Below are positions 51,909 through 64,000 of a stretch of DNA of 64,000 nt, piece by piece. The stretch lies in NCBI RefSeq assembly GCF_964204645.1, contig NC_134031.1, forward strand, positions 12,650,088 through 12,714,087. The letters run 5' to 3'. Under the pieces are notes generated by a model. It was not told where the DNA came from and did no database searches. It was given only the letters and a program-made list of their open reading frames with translations. The stretch's first letter is position 1. Each line of letters opens with the position of its first letter. The translations under genes and the position numbers were made by a program. Source of the stretch: Tubulanus polymorphus. Lineage: Eukaryota > Animalia > Nemertea.

Positions 51909-51987
51909 ATCATGGATGATATAAAGGCTGGAATTCAATATGTTTTCCAAACACAGAATGACCTAACTTTGGCAGTATCAGGCACAG
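51909..51987 (+). CDS. AGXT: AGXT coding exon 2 (79 nt; absent from the ORF track)
   Basis: Acceptor tattttag|ATC; translates [26 protein letters not shown](G), compared with human [27 protein letters not shown]. In frame with exon 1; donor AG|GTATGC at 51988 (phase 1). Confidence 0.92.
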
Positions 51988-52135
51988 GTATGCATTTTAA
52001 ACGGAATTTAGTATGATTATGTTTTTGTCCAAACTCTTACTGGAGGCCCGCAGTAGGCTGAGCCTATTACTATACAAATGGAGTATATTCAAACATGGTT
52101 TCCAGAGGAATGGGCCTTTGACTGTGGAACTGAGC

Positions 52136-52136
52136 A

Positions 52137-52172
<36 letters not shown>
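52136..52172. repeat. (TA)n microsatellite
   Basis: Direct reading of the sequence. Confidence 0.9.
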
Positions 52173-52630
52173 AGTCAGTCATTAAAGCATTGTTTTATGT
52201 GATTATGATTAGATGTGTACGTTTCTTTTATTGGAAAAATGAACGACATCTAGCTATGAGAGTTAATGAGCAAATGCCATGGGAAGTTTTGAAGACGCTT
52301 CAATGTCATGTCTTGATATTTGGGTTACACATGTATCTACCCTGACACATCTTCAGCCCAAAAACTGGCCATGTTAGAATCAAGGTAGCCGACTGACAGC
52401 CATTGTTGTTCGCCAAAATCAGCACTTTTTACACATTTTTGAAGTTTTTGAGCAAAATTTTGTAGACGCTTTGAACAATTGCCTTCATGTTTCGTATATA
52501 TTTGAATCCCCCAAGGACCCATCTGCATTAGAAAAATTGGGTCGATCGGACTCAAGATGGCCGTCCTATGACCTTTTTAGTGCCCAAATTCTGGGTCCTG
52601 TAGCTTCCTACTGGATTGCCATTTCTCATT

Positions 52631-55600
52631 ATGGGGTCAATGACCATATAGGGATCGTCCCTAGTATAAACCGTTCACCGAAAAACACCCGTAGTATCTC
52701 TACTGTCATGGATATAGTCCCATAATGCTGTATCGATATAGAACCGATGATCCGATAAAAAGTTGTCTGTAACGCGTCATTTGCCTATATCCATGATCCA
52801 AGCTATGTATAAAATAGCCTGTTGTACCTAAGGTCCCAAAATCATGATGAATTATGTTAAGTTTTGTGGCGCATGAAGGCTCACCATATCAGTGAGTTGT
52901 CTATATCGGTTTTACTCAGCAATGAAGTGTTATCACCATCGCTATCCTCACAGGTGCTCACGCACTGATACATTCGTGAGTAGTTCATAGATTGCTGCGT
53001 GGTTTACGCTGACACGGAGAGTATCGACAGGGTGGTCTCTGCTGTGTTTGTCAGTCGCTAGCCCGGATTTTATTTCTTGAAAGCACTGTGAGTGAGGGAT
53101 TTTCTTCATGCAATGAAAACTACCAGTAATGCCAGCCGGTATCACATATCTGGCAAACTACGCCATTCAATGCTGCGCTGTATTCTCGGGGACTACCCCG
53201 AATGAGTTTATCATGCAGTACATTTCTTTGTTTTAATTTGGATTTTTATCGGAGTGTATATTAACGTTTCTTGTGGATGTAATATTGTTTAATAATGCTA
53301 AATATAATTCTCTTGTAAATTAATCAGCCTGATATTGATATGTGAAATGGGGCATCAACATCGATGAGTTGTTTGTATTAATTGGATTAGGTAATTAGTT
53401 GTGCTCAAAAGTAATATCAGTGTCACAAACATGTCAGTGTCAAAACATGTCAGCAGTACTCATACAGTAGTACTCTCTCCATTATATATAAACAAAAATA
53501 ATGTTAAGCACACAGTTTTCTAGTTGGAGTTGTAAAATAGAAGTTGAAAATAAATCATCTAAATTCAAGATCATGACGTTATTTCAATGATGAGAAAAGG
53601 ACAAGATATTCACGTCATGACAAGTTACTACATGTAGTAGACTAGAGACAGCAGTGCTGTATACACACAGCGAGACAAGCGGCTGCGTCCTGCCTCATAT
53701 AAACACAGGCCGACTCAGATTGACTGGCGTAAAATGAACTGTTCGGTGCGCGGTAGTTGAAAAAAGATGTAATGAGATATTCAGGGTTTCCGTGATCGTA
53801 AATAAATGTCCATTCTCTTTATTGGGGAAAAAATTGTACAAGCGTATCTATGCCAAGTCGAGCACATCAGGCGTCAAGCCCAAAGGAGTATTTTTAGAGC
53901 CATTTTAAGTGAGTAATTGTATATATCTTGTTTCATACCAAAGGTCGAAGGGTTGAGCTCGTAAAAAATAAGAATAAATTCTCGCACACTCGAATTTATT
54001 TTTATTATTTACTCACTCACCCTCTCAACCTTTGATATGAAACAAGATATATACAATTACTCTAATAATTCCATATATATGAATAACATATAAATGAATA
54101 ACATATATAAATGAATAACTTCTAAAATCAATTTTGATAAAAGATATGTTATTTAAATGGAGAGTAAACAAATACACAGTGAATTCTTAAAAAAGACACC
54201 GCAAATTTAAAATCTGTTCTTTATAATATCTTTTATCACTGAATGATTGATTACATGTATCACATTTGTATTTCTTTTTCATTCTTTAATTCATCTAATT
54301 TTGTTTCTAATATATCATCTTTATATTCTAATTTCAATTTATTTTCTAAATGTGTTCTAGTTTTATTATGCCTTGCTTTTTGAGATTTATCTATATTGAT
54401 TTTTCATGTTGGCCAGTAGTACTTCTTATTTGCTTCCATTTATTATATAATTTTTTATTAAAATTAATTTTTTTTATTCGAAATCTATTTCATGGTGCCC
54501 TTTTTTGGCGAACTGTAGGTTTGCCTATGCAAACGGTCTGATGAAGCAGTTTTCATTGAAAATGAATAGAGTACCGGTGTGTCAACAAGGCACAAACATT
54601 GGCTGTTGAACCGATTGTGTTGAATTTTGGTTTCATGGTTTTGCTTAATGAGTTCTCGAGCCCACAAAAATTTCATAGTGATCGAGTTCTTTTTAGGGCA
54701 CTTATTCTTGAAAAACACTCAAAAACCCTGCTTTTTAGCACTTAGTAATGGCACGTTTTTATATATGACGATTTGCATGCTTGAAATTGAAATATATAAA
54801 AGTTCAATCCTTCCTGGAAGTGTCGCCGTTTTTAGTTCGACTGATCTCAATGTACTTTTCGACCTACAGGCCCTCACTTTATAAACCCCCTAAATGTCCT
54901 CGCTTCTATTTATTTCAGTTGACCTTGTAACCTGAGCTACAATGAATGTGATTGGCTGTTAGTGGGATATACGGGAAATTCCGGGAATTTCAGCATCTCT
55001 GATATAATTGGGAAAGCCTAATGTGAAACCCAAGACAAAATGGCGAACATTTTATTCGATTAGGTATCGTACGTTTGCTTATAATTTGTTTGTTGACACG
55101 AATATAAGCGAGTAGGCTATTCAATTCAGTTGCAATTCTGAACTAGCAAGTATGACAATACCTATGACAGGGTTCGTAGTGGGTCTTCCAATCATAGCCG
55201 GTATTTTTTTATTTCTAGAAAAAAAAGTCCGTATATGTTTGTATATTTTTGACATTTTGTGGATGGATGTATTCTGACTTGTGAAATTACGGCCAATCTA
55301 GTACTGCGTCGCTAGTACATTTGTATATACCCGCGTCAGCAGTCAGCCACGTGCGTGCGAATATAGGTTACAGTATATGGCTGTGGGTGTTAGTAATCAC
55401 CTGAGTGAGTCTATATATAGCACAGTGACTCAGCAATGATAGTATACACAGAACTCTAACACATCTGCAGGCGCATATATTGTCAGCCTCATACATCTTC
55501 AATCCAAATTAATTTATATTTAGTATAATATTTTTGACAATATATGCACTAAATGATTTAATGGTGAGCCACAGGGCCATTGGACCTTTATCATTCTTAC

Positions 55601-56214
55601 CCTTTATATATGAAATAGAAATCACCTGAACATAATTCTTCAAGATCTTCACTTGGTAATCTATGAAATCTATCTGGTAAATATGTTCTGAATTTATATT
55701 TATTTCCTTTTAATCCTTTATATTCTAAGTGAATAACTAATTAATCTCCATATTTATTAGTAATTGTTTCAATATTTGTAATTAAATATTTCTTATGAAT
55801 TGTTAATTCATTTAACGTCTTAAATTTATAATCTACAGATTTTACATTTGTGGTATCTTTAATTCTATTTAAGAATTCACTGTGTATTTGTTTAATCTCC
55901 ATTTAAATAACATATTTTTTATTAAAATTGATTTTAGAAGTTATTCATTTATATATGTTTTTCATTTATATGTTATTCATATATATGGAATTATTAGAGT
56001 AATTGTATATATCTTGTTTCATATCAAAGGTTGAAGGGGTGAGTGAGTAAAAGATAAAAATAAATTCGAGCATGCGAGAATTTATTTTAATTTTTTATGG
56101 AAATGTCCGTAATGGTTAAAAGTAACCCTGGAAACGTAAATTTGTTTTCACTAATAAAACTCATATCTCCTCATGCATTGTCTTCAACCATATGAACCTT
56201 AGGGTCCTCTTGTT
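52631..56214 (+). mobile_element. Probable further Helentron-like element (HINE-D) inserted at TT in HINE-A copy 5
   Basis: Precise interruption with no TSD; imperfect 5' hairpin TATGGGGTCAATGACCATA; 3' end GAACCTTAGGGTCCTCTTGTT. Confidence 0.6.
53911..56097. repeat. Long inverted-repeat (foldback) structure
   Basis: 53963-54190 is the reverse complement of 55866-56097; 53911-54063 is itself bounded by GAGTAATTGTATATATCTTGTTTCATA inverted repeats. Confidence 0.8.
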
Positions 56215-57317
56215 GCAATTTGTGATGGGCATTCTTTGAAAAGGGATGTGTTATACCTGAGACAGGTATTTTTGATCAGCCAATTATGACGCAATTGGCG
56301 TCTTGGTGTCATCAGTACTCATTCGTATGTGGGAAAAGGTTTTTCCACATTATATTCATACCTAAGCATATTGTGTTACTACAATCAATTGGAAAGTTGT
56401 AGCACATAACGTGTTCTATGTTTTTAGTGAGTTGCATGGTCATTGGTTCTTTGTATATGGCCACCAGGGGGCGTTGAATGATACAATAACAAAGTATTTC
56501 TATTTTGTATTTGTACCTATGCGTATTTTGTTCCACAATCAATTGCAAAGTTGTAGCTCATGACATTGTCTATGATTGTGGTGAGTTGTAAGGACATTAA
56601 TTATTCTGTATGGTCACCAGGGGGTGTTGAATAGTAGAATAACTTAGTATTTCCTTATTAGATTGGTACCAAAGCATATTTTGTTACCATGATCAATTGC
56701 AAAGTTGTAGTTCATGACATGTTCTAGGATTGTGGCGAGTGTCAAGGTCATTGGGTTTTGCATATGGTCACCAGGGGGCGTTGAATAGTAAAGTAACTTA
56801 GTGTATCCATATTAAATTGGAAACGGTCATTGGGTTTTGCATATGGTCACCAGGGGGCGTTGAATAGTAAAGTAACTTAGTATTTCCATATTAAATTGGA
56901 AACGAGGCATATGTTGTTATCACAATCAATTACAAAATTGTAGCTGCTGACATGTTCTATGATTGTGGTGGGTTTCAAGGTCATTGGTTTTGTATATGGT
57001 CACCAGGAGGCGTTGAATATTGAAATAGTTAGATTCTTGATCATCTGAAACCACTTCCCAATTGGAAATGGTGTCCCTGGACCCCTAGTTATTTTATGGA
57101 TTTTATACAGCCTAGGCTATGCATACTAGCGCGCTCACATGTTTGTGTTGATTGTCATAAAAAACATGAATAGCGCCAATATAGAATGTGAACTATACAC
57201 ACGAAGTGAAGTTAAGGATAAATAAATGACTAATTTATGCAGCTTACATTAGAAATATTTTTTTTCGATCAGACAGTTTTCAGGTCGTTAATGATAATGA
57301 TACTAATAATAATAATA

Positions 57318-57695
57318 AATATAGCTGCAAAGCAGCGATAACGGGTTTTCTGCACAGTCTTAGAATCCTGTTCAACGGTGGATTTCAACAAAGCATTTGA
57401 TAAGGCTCAACATCAGCCATTACTGGACAGGCCATTAGGAAACAGTATCAATGATAGGTCGCCCAAATGGCACAGCAGTTATCTCTGAACGGAAACTTGT
57501 AACCGAAATCAACGGAACGCCTCATCTTGGAATGAGACGGTCTAACTAGTGGAGTCACGCAAGGTAGTATCCTAAGTCGTCTTCTGTTTAATGTCCTGAC
57601 AAATGACATACACAGTAATCCAAAATATACCAGACCGAGTAAATTTCCAAAACAACCTTAACACACTGTTCGACCAAAAACTTAATGTTCCGACA
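57318..57695 (-). mobile_element. 3' end of HINE-F carrying an antisense CR1-type RT fragment
   Basis: Terminal hairpin GCTGCAAAGCAGC; + strand 57378-57610 reads VDFNKAFDKAQH...WHSSYL...SGVTQGSILSRLLFNVLTNDI with frameshifts. Confidence 0.8.
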
Positions 57696-57702
57696 AAACC
57701 AT

Positions 57703-57995
57703 GGGCGACAAAACCAAAATTATGAATTGTCGCGGATGACAAAACCAAAATATTGAATTGTCACGGGCGACAAAACAAAAATAATGAATTGTCGCGGGCG
57801 ATAAAACCAAAATAATGAGTTTTCGCGGTCGATAAAACCACAATAATGAATTGTCGCGGGCGTTAAAACCAAAATATTGAATTGTTGCGGGTGATAAAAC
57901 CAAAATAATGAGTTGTCGCGGACGACAAAAACAAACTATTGAATTGTTGCGTGCGACAAAACCAAAATAATGAATTGTCGCGGACGACAAAACCA
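57703..57995. repeat. 31-bp satellite, left segment (~9 more diverged monomers)
   Basis: Variants of AATTGTCGCGGGCGACAAAACCAAAATAATG. Confidence 0.92.
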
Positions 57996-60128
57996 AACTA
58001 GGGGTCCAGGGACACCATGCTCACTTGGGCAGTGGTTTCAAATGCTCAACAATCTAACAATTTCAATACATAACGCCCTCTAGTGACCATATACAAAATC
58101 CCATGACCTTGAAACCCACCACAATCATAGAACATGTGAGCAGCTATGATTTTGTAATTGATTGTGATAACAAAATAAGCCTCGTTACCAATTTAATATG
58201 GAAATACTAAGTTATTCTACTATTCAACGCCCCCTGGTGACCATATGCAAAACTCAATGACCTCAATGACCTTAAAACTCACCGCAATCGTAGTACATGT
58301 CATGGAATACAACTTTGCAATTGATCATAGTAACAAAATATGCCTAGGTACCAATCTAATAAGGGAATACTAAGCCATTCTACTATTCAGCGCCCCCTGG
58401 TGACTATATGGAATAACTAATGTCCTTAAAAACTCACCACAATCATAGACGATGTCATGAACTACAACTTTGCAATGGATCATGGTAACAAACTATGCCT
58501 AGGTACCAATCTAATAAGGAAAAACTAAGCTTTTCTACTATTCAACGCCCCTGGTGACTATATGGAATAACTAATATCCTTAAAAACTCACTACAATCAT
58601 AGACGATGTCACGAACTACAACTTTGCCATCGATCATGGTAACAAAATATGCCTTGGTACAAATATAATATAGCGATACTAAGTTATTGTATTATTCAAC
58701 GCCCCCTGATGGCCACATACAAAAACCAATGACCTTGAAACTCACCAAAATCATAGAACACGTTATGGGCTACAACTTTCCAATTGAATATAGTAACACA
58801 ATATGCTTAGGTATCAATTAATTGTGGAAAAACTTTTTCCCACCTACGAATGAGTACTGATGACACCAAGATGGCTGCCAATTGCGTCATAATTGGCTGA
58901 TCAAAAATAACTATCCCAGGTATAAAACATCCCTCTCTAAAGAATATCCTTCCCCAATTGCAATGAGAAATGGCAAACCAGTAGGAAGCTACAGGACCTA
59001 GAATTCTGGCCAAAATTGACATTTTTGGGCACTAAAAAGGTCATAGGACGGCCATCTTGAGTCAGATCGACCCAATTTTCTTATGCTGATGGGCCTTTGG
59101 TAGATTCAAATATAAACGAAAGATCAAGGTAATTGATCAAAGCGTCTTCAAAATTTCCCACGAAAACTTCGAAAATGTTTAAAAAGTGCTGATTTTGGCA
59201 AACAACAATGGCTGCCAGTCGGCAATCTTGAATCTGACAGGGCCAGTTTTTGGGCTGACGATGTGTCTAGGGTAGATACATGTATAAACCAAATATCAAG
59301 ACATTACCTTGAAGCGTCTTCAAAACTTTAATATGGAAATACTAAGTTATTCTACTATTCAACGCCCCCTGGTGACCATATGCAAAACCCAATGACCTTA
59401 AAACTCACCCCAATCGTAGTACATGTCATGAAATACAACTTTGCAATTGATCATAGTAACAAAATATGCCTAGGTACCAATCTAATAAGGAAAAACTAAG
59501 TTTTTCTACTATTCAACGCCCCCTGGTGACTAATGTCCTTAAAAACTCACCACAATCATAGACGATGTCATGAACTACAACTTTGCCATTGATCATGGCA
59601 ACAAAATATGCCTTGGTACAAATATAATATAGCGATACTAAGTTATTGTATTATTCAACGCCCCCTGATGGCCACATACAAAAACCAATGACCTTGAAAC
59701 TCACCAAAATCATAGAACACGTTATGGGCTACAACTTTCCAATTGAATATAGTAACACAATATGCTAAGGTATCAATTAATTGTGGAAAAACTTTTTCCC
59801 ACCTACGAATGAGTACTGATGACACCAAGATGGCCGCCAATTGTGTCATAATTGCGTCACAATTGCGTCATAATTGGCTGATCAAAAATACCTGTCCCAG
59901 GTATAAAACATCCCTCTCTAAAGAATATCCATCAGCAATTGCAATGAGAAATGGCAAACCAGTAGGAAGCTACAAGACCTAGAATTCTGGCCAAAATTGA
60001 CATTTTTGGGCACTAAAAAGGTCATCTTGAGTCAGATCGACCCAATTTTCTTATGCTGATGGGACTTTGGTAGAGTCAAATATAAACGAAAGATCAAGGT
60101 AATTGATCAAAGCGTCTTCAAAATTTTC
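57996..60128 (-). mobile_element. HINE-A copy 6 in reverse orientation with local internal duplication, inserted into the satellite
   Basis: AACTAGGGGTCCAGGGACACCATGC at 57996 is the reverse 3' end; ~58190-59157 is repeated at 59328-60128 with shared private variants. Confidence 0.88.
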
Positions 60129-60132
60129 TTTG

Positions 60133-63100
60133 GCCGACAAAATAATGAATTGTCGCGGGCGATAAAACCAAAATAATGAATTGTCTCGTGCGACAAAACC
60201 AAAATAATGAATTGTCGCGGGCAATAAAACCAAAATAATGAATTATCGCGGGCGATAAAACCAAAATATTGAATTGTCGCGGGCGATAAAACCAAAATAA
60301 TGAATTGTCGCGGGCGACAAATCCAAAAAAAAAATTGTCGCGTGCGACAAAAACAAAATATAAAACCAAAATAATGAATTGTCGTGGGCGTCAAAACCAA
60401 AAGAAGAATTGTCGCGGGCGACAAAACCAAAATAATGAATTGTCGCTGGAGATAAAACCAAAGTAATGAATTGTCGTGGGTGATAAAACCAAAATATTGA
60501 ATCGTTGCGGGCGACAAAACCAAACTAATGAATTGTCGCGGGCGAAAAAACCAAAAAAAGAATTGTGGGGGCAACAAAACCAAAATAATGAATTGTCGCG
60601 GGCGACAAAACCAAAATAGTGAATTGTCCAGGCGACAAAACCAAAATGGTGAATTGTCGCGGGCGACAAAACCAAAATAATGAATTGTCGCGGGCGATAA
60701 AACCAAAATGATGAATTGTCTCGGGCGACAAAACCGAAATAATGAATTGTCGCGGGCGATAAAACCAAACTAATGAATTATCGCGGGCGATAAAACCAAA
60801 ATATTGAATTGTCGCAGGCGATTTAACCAAAATAATGAATTGTCGCGGGCGACGAAACCAAAATATAGAATTGTCGCGGGCGACAAAACCCAAAAAAAAT
60901 TGTCGCGGGCGACTCAACAAAATATAAAACCAAATAATGAATTGTCGCGGGCGACAAAACCAAAAAGAAGAATTGTCGCGGGCGACAAAACCAAAATAAT
61001 GAATTGTTGCTGGAGATAAAACCAAAGTAATGAATTGTCGCAGGCGACAAAACCAAAATATTGAATTGTCGCGGGCGACAAAACCAAAATATTGATTTGT
61101 CGCGGGCGACAAAACCAAACTTATGAATTGTCGCGGGTGACAAAACCAAAAAAAGAATTGTCGGGGCGACAAAACAAAAATAATGAATTGTCGCGGGCGA
61201 TAAAACCAAAATAATGAATTGTCGCGGGCGATAAAACCAAAATAATTAATTGTCGCGGGCGACAAAACCAAAATGGTGAATTGTCGCGGGCGACAAAACC
61301 AAAATAATGAATTGTCGCTGGCGACAAAACCAAAAAGAAGAATTGTCACGGGCGACAAAACCACAATAATGAATATTCGCTGGCGATAAAACTAAAGTAG
61401 TGAATTGTCGTGGGCGATAAAACCAAAATATTGAATTTTCGCGGGCGACAAAACAAAAATATTGAATTGTCGCGGGCGACAAAACCAAAATAATGAATTG
61501 CCGCGGGCGACAAAACCAAAAAAAGAATTGTGGGGGCGACAAAACCAAAATGGTGAATTGTCAAGGCGACAAAACCAAAATGGTGAATTGTCGCGGGCGA
61601 CAAAACCAAAATAATGAATTGTCGCGGGCGATAGAACCAAAATGATGAATTGTCTTGGGCGACAAAACCAAAATAATGAATTGTCGCGGGCGATAAAACC
61701 AAAATAATGAATTGTCGCTGGAGATAAAACCAAAGTAATGAATTGTCGTGGGCGATAAAACCAAAATATTGAATTGTCGCGGGTGACAAAACCAAAATAT
61801 TGAATTGTCTCGGGCGACAAAACCAAAATAATGAATTTTCGCGGGCGATAAAACCAAAATAATGAATTATCGCGGGTGATAAAACCAAAATATTGAATTG
61901 TCGCGGGCGATTAAACCAAAAAGAAGAATTGTCGCGGGCGACAAAACCAAAATAATAAATTGTCGCTGGAGATAAAACCAAAGTAATGAATTGTCGTGGG
62001 CGATAAAACCAAAATATTGAATCGTCGCGGGTGACAAACACCAAACTAATGAATTGTCGCGGGCGAAAAAACCAAAAAAAGAATTGTCGGGGCAACAAAA
62101 CCAAAATAATGAATTGTCGCAGGCGATAAAACCAAAATAATGAATTGTCGCGGGTGACAAAACCAAAATGGTGAATTGTCGCGGGCGACAAAACCAAAAT
62201 AAAGAATTGTCGCGGGCGACAAAACCAAAAAGAAGAATTGTTGCGGGCGACTAAACCAAAATAATGAATTGTCGCTGGCGATAAAACCAAAGTAGTGAAT
62301 TGTCGTGGGCGATAAAACCAAAATATTGAATTTTCGCGGGCGACAAAACCAAAATAATGAATTGTCGCAGGCGACAAAACCAAAAAAAGAATTGTGGGGG
62401 CGACAAAACCAAAATAATGAATTGTCGCGGGCGATAAAACCAAAAGGGTGAATTGTCCAGGTGACAAAACCAAAATGGTGAATTGTCGCGGGCGACAAAA
62501 CCAAAATAATGAATTGTCGCGGGCGGTAAAACCAAAATGATGAATTGTCTCGGGCGATAAAACCAAAATAATGAATTGTCGCCGGCGATAAAACCAAAAT
62601 AATGAATTATCGCGGGCGATTAAACCAAAATATTGAATTGTCGCGGGCGATTAAACCAAAATAATGAATTGTCGTGGGCGACAAAACCAAAATATTGAAT
62701 TGTCGCGGGCGACAAAACCAAAAAAAAAATTGTCGCGGGCGACTAAAACAAAATATAAAACAAAAATAATGAATTGTCGCGGGCGACAAAACCAAAAAGA
62801 AGAATTGTCGCGGGCGACAAAACCAAAAAGAAGAATTGTCGCGGGCGACAAAACCAAAATAATGAATTGTCGCTGGAGATAAAACCAAAGTAATGAATTG
62901 TCGCGGGTGATAAAACCAAAATATTGAATTGTCGCGGGCGACAAAACCAAAATATTGAATTGTCGCGGGCGACAAAACCAAACTAATGAATTGTTGCGGG
63001 CGACAAAACCAAAATAATGAATTGTCGCGGGCGATAAAACCAAAATAATGAATTGTCGCGGGCGATAAAACCAAAATAATGAATTGTCGGGGGTGACAAA

Positions 63101-63357
63101 ACCAAAATGGTGAATTGTCGCGGGCGACAAAACCAAAATGGTGAATTGTCGAGGGCGACAAAACCAAAATAATGAATTGTTGCGGGCGATAAAACCAAAA
63201 TATTGAATTTTCGCGGGCGACAAAACCAAAATAATGAATTGTCGCAAGCGATAAAACCAAAATAATGAATTGTCGCGGGCGATAAAACCAAAATATTGAA
63301 TTGTCGCGTGTGACAAAACCAAAATAATGCATTGTCGCGGGCGACAAAATCAAAATC
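60133..63357. repeat. 31-bp satellite array (~100 monomers) with internal palindrome
   Basis: Consensus AATTGTCGCGGGCGACAAAACCAAAATAATG, containing the TTGTCGC-GG-GCGACAA dyad. Confidence 0.97.
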
Positions 63358-63444
63358 ATTGTTTTCTCGCGTTATTTTAGTTTTGTCGTCATGTCGCCCT
63401 CATTTGCATATTCGTGTTTTTTTAATCTTATCAGCCACCATACT

Positions 63445-64000
63445 AAAGCCTTAAGGTCGCGTAAAACTCGATAAACACTTAAAGCGACACGGCGAACGAT
63501 CTCCTTTCCCCCACAGCGAACGCTTACTCCGAATGTCAAGTGTGAGTCCAACATACGGATAGGAGTGTGTTATATAATTGTATTTAGTAAATACCTTGTG
63601 CATTTGACAATGATCGGTATGTACTGTAGGAAATATAGAGTATTGATAAATGGTTGAAGCCCGCGGCCGAATAAAGTAATATATTCTTTTATTTTGATAC
63701 CTCGTCGACATAACAGCTTTTCTCCGCCATATCTCTTCGGCCTGTTTAGTTTAGGCCTACGATTCCCCAGTACACTAAAGATTTATCTTAGTAAATACAC
63801 GGTTAATTCGGTAAAGAAAAATAGGTATTGTTAAACTAACTCCTTGAAACCCGCAGCCAAATCACTGGTAGTAATAAATTAATTTGTACTCGATTTGATT
63901 CTCATGATGAGGAGAAACTCGCAGCTGATCCCCGGAACGACGATGTAGTAACACACGTCGATTCGTCGATGTTTACGGCTCGACAGTGCTTTTAAAATCT
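63445..64000 (-). repeat. Module D of HINE-F (runs off the window)
   Basis: Close reverse-complement match to 3431-3997. Confidence 0.88.

Larger units (their letters stand above)
52280..57090 (+). mobile_element. HINE-A copy 5 (5'-truncated; split into 52280-52630 and 56215-57090)
   Basis: ...CCATTTCTCATT| and |GCAATTTGTGATGGG rejoin to give the uninterrupted HINE-A sequence. Confidence 0.85.

Noticed and set aside
57703-63357. CRISPR-like appearance (palindromic ~30-bp repeats)
   Set aside because: There are no unique spacers, the monomers abut directly, no cas genes are present, and the context is a eukaryotic intron.
60051-63359. Long minus-strand ORFs (up to 406 aa) with VLSPATIHYFGF repeats
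   Set aside because: They arise from a stop-poor 31-bp satellite read in all three frames; the unit is not a multiple of 3 and there is no coding signal.

Overview
This is AT-rich eukaryotic genomic DNA, most likely from an invertebrate animal (inferred from the transposon complement). It is not prokaryotic: there are no operons, rRNA/tRNA genes or CRISPR arrays. The only host gene I can support is alanine-glyoxylate/serine-pyruvate aminotransferase (AGXT-like) on the + strand, with exon 1 at 13343-13498, a 38.4-kb intron, and exon 2 at 51909-51987. Exon 3 was not found in the window. Most of the remainder is nested transposable elements: about five non-autonomous Helentron-type (HINE) families, several MITEs with readable target-site duplications (TSDs: TTAA, TTA, 6, 8 and 9 bp), decayed RTE-X, Tx1 and L2 LINEs, BEL/Pao LTR remnants and a 31-bp palindromic satellite. 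The most interesting observations are: (1) a HINE family whose 154-bp central repeat carries a near-perfect CTCF consensus, about 30 copies in the window; (2) a 22-codon, ATA-initiated, presequence-like in-frame extension upstream of the AGXT ATG; (3) a self-nested antiparallel 9-bp-TSD transposon just behind the exon-1 donor; and (4) a modular HINE that has captured a LINE RT fragment and hosts the satellite. Superfamily labels come from terminal motifs read by eye, not from database searches, and element boundaries in T-runs are approximate.
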